A stretch of DNA of 16,735 nucleotides. Origin: Chlamydiales bacterium (GTDB lineage Bacteria > Chlamydiota > Chlamydiia > Chlamydiales > JBDQID01). The DNA lies in contig JBLFWS010000061.1 of the NCBI GenBank assembly GCA_047611865.1, positions 1 through 16,735 on the forward strand. Reading direction: 5' to 3'. The notes below the pieces were generated by a model. It searched no databases. It was not told the DNA's origin and was given only the letters and a program-made list of their open reading frames with translations. Below are positions 16,509 through 16,735 of the stretch, one piece after another. The position numbers and the translations under genes are program-made. Position 1 is the stretch's first letter. Each line of letters starts with the position of its first letter.

Positions 16509-16735
16509 GTGCGCTTGTGATGGTATACGATAAGAGAGGTGAGAGTCCTCTTCAAGAAATGTTGCAATCTTGCAGCTGAAAGTAACTGCGTCAACGTGAG
16601 GTGGGGTTGAGAGCAACTGGAAGCGGATATTCAGGCCGTAGGATAACGAACTCGATTCGGTTCAATAACATGGCGAGTCCCTCTGTCGGACGACGAAGCC
16701 TGAAACTCAGTACTCACGATAAGCAACTATCATCG
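16509..16735 (+). ncRNA. Group II intron, 5' end (domain I), truncated by the window edge
   Basis: Starts with the GUGCG consensus, followed by the stem-loop agagg-tgagagt-cctct (GGTGAGAGTCC motif) and gaaagtaactgcgtc..cgtgagg..gagagc and cgaagcc segments resembling bacterial group II intron domain I. GC content is higher than the flanks and there is no credible ORF. The RT ORF and domain V are not in the window. Confidence 0.8.

Noticed and set aside
16388..16594. 68-aa minus-strand ORF
   Set aside because: It is antisense to the group II intron 5' end and its structured exon, and has no recognisable motifs.

Overview
AT-rich, accessory-type bacterial region. The gene content (Inc-like hydrophobic orphans, a eukaryote-like PI4-kinase type II domain, proteases with no signal peptide) suggests an intracellular Chlamydiota-like organism; this is inference. 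Recognisable genes: type III pantothenate kinase (coaX), an S53 kumamolisin-like protease, a frameshifted PI4K-II-like kinase, a convergent pair of amidinotransferase-superfamily genes (a CtlX-like enzyme and an apparently circularly permuted arginine dihydrolase/DDAH-like enzyme with extra domains), a trypsin-like protease fused to six tectonin repeats, a TauE/SafE transporter and a DUF1232-like protein. The intergenic DNA carries several non-coding elements. These are a back-to-back pair of ~218 bp covarying structured elements rich in GNA-triloop hairpins (2996-3477), two copies of a ~200-220 bp MITE with TIRs and 9-bp target duplications (6032-6252, 15007-15201), a ~170 bp palindromic element (16110-16281), and the 5' end of a group II intron (16509 to window end) inserted just after a hairpin in another structured non-coding stretch.
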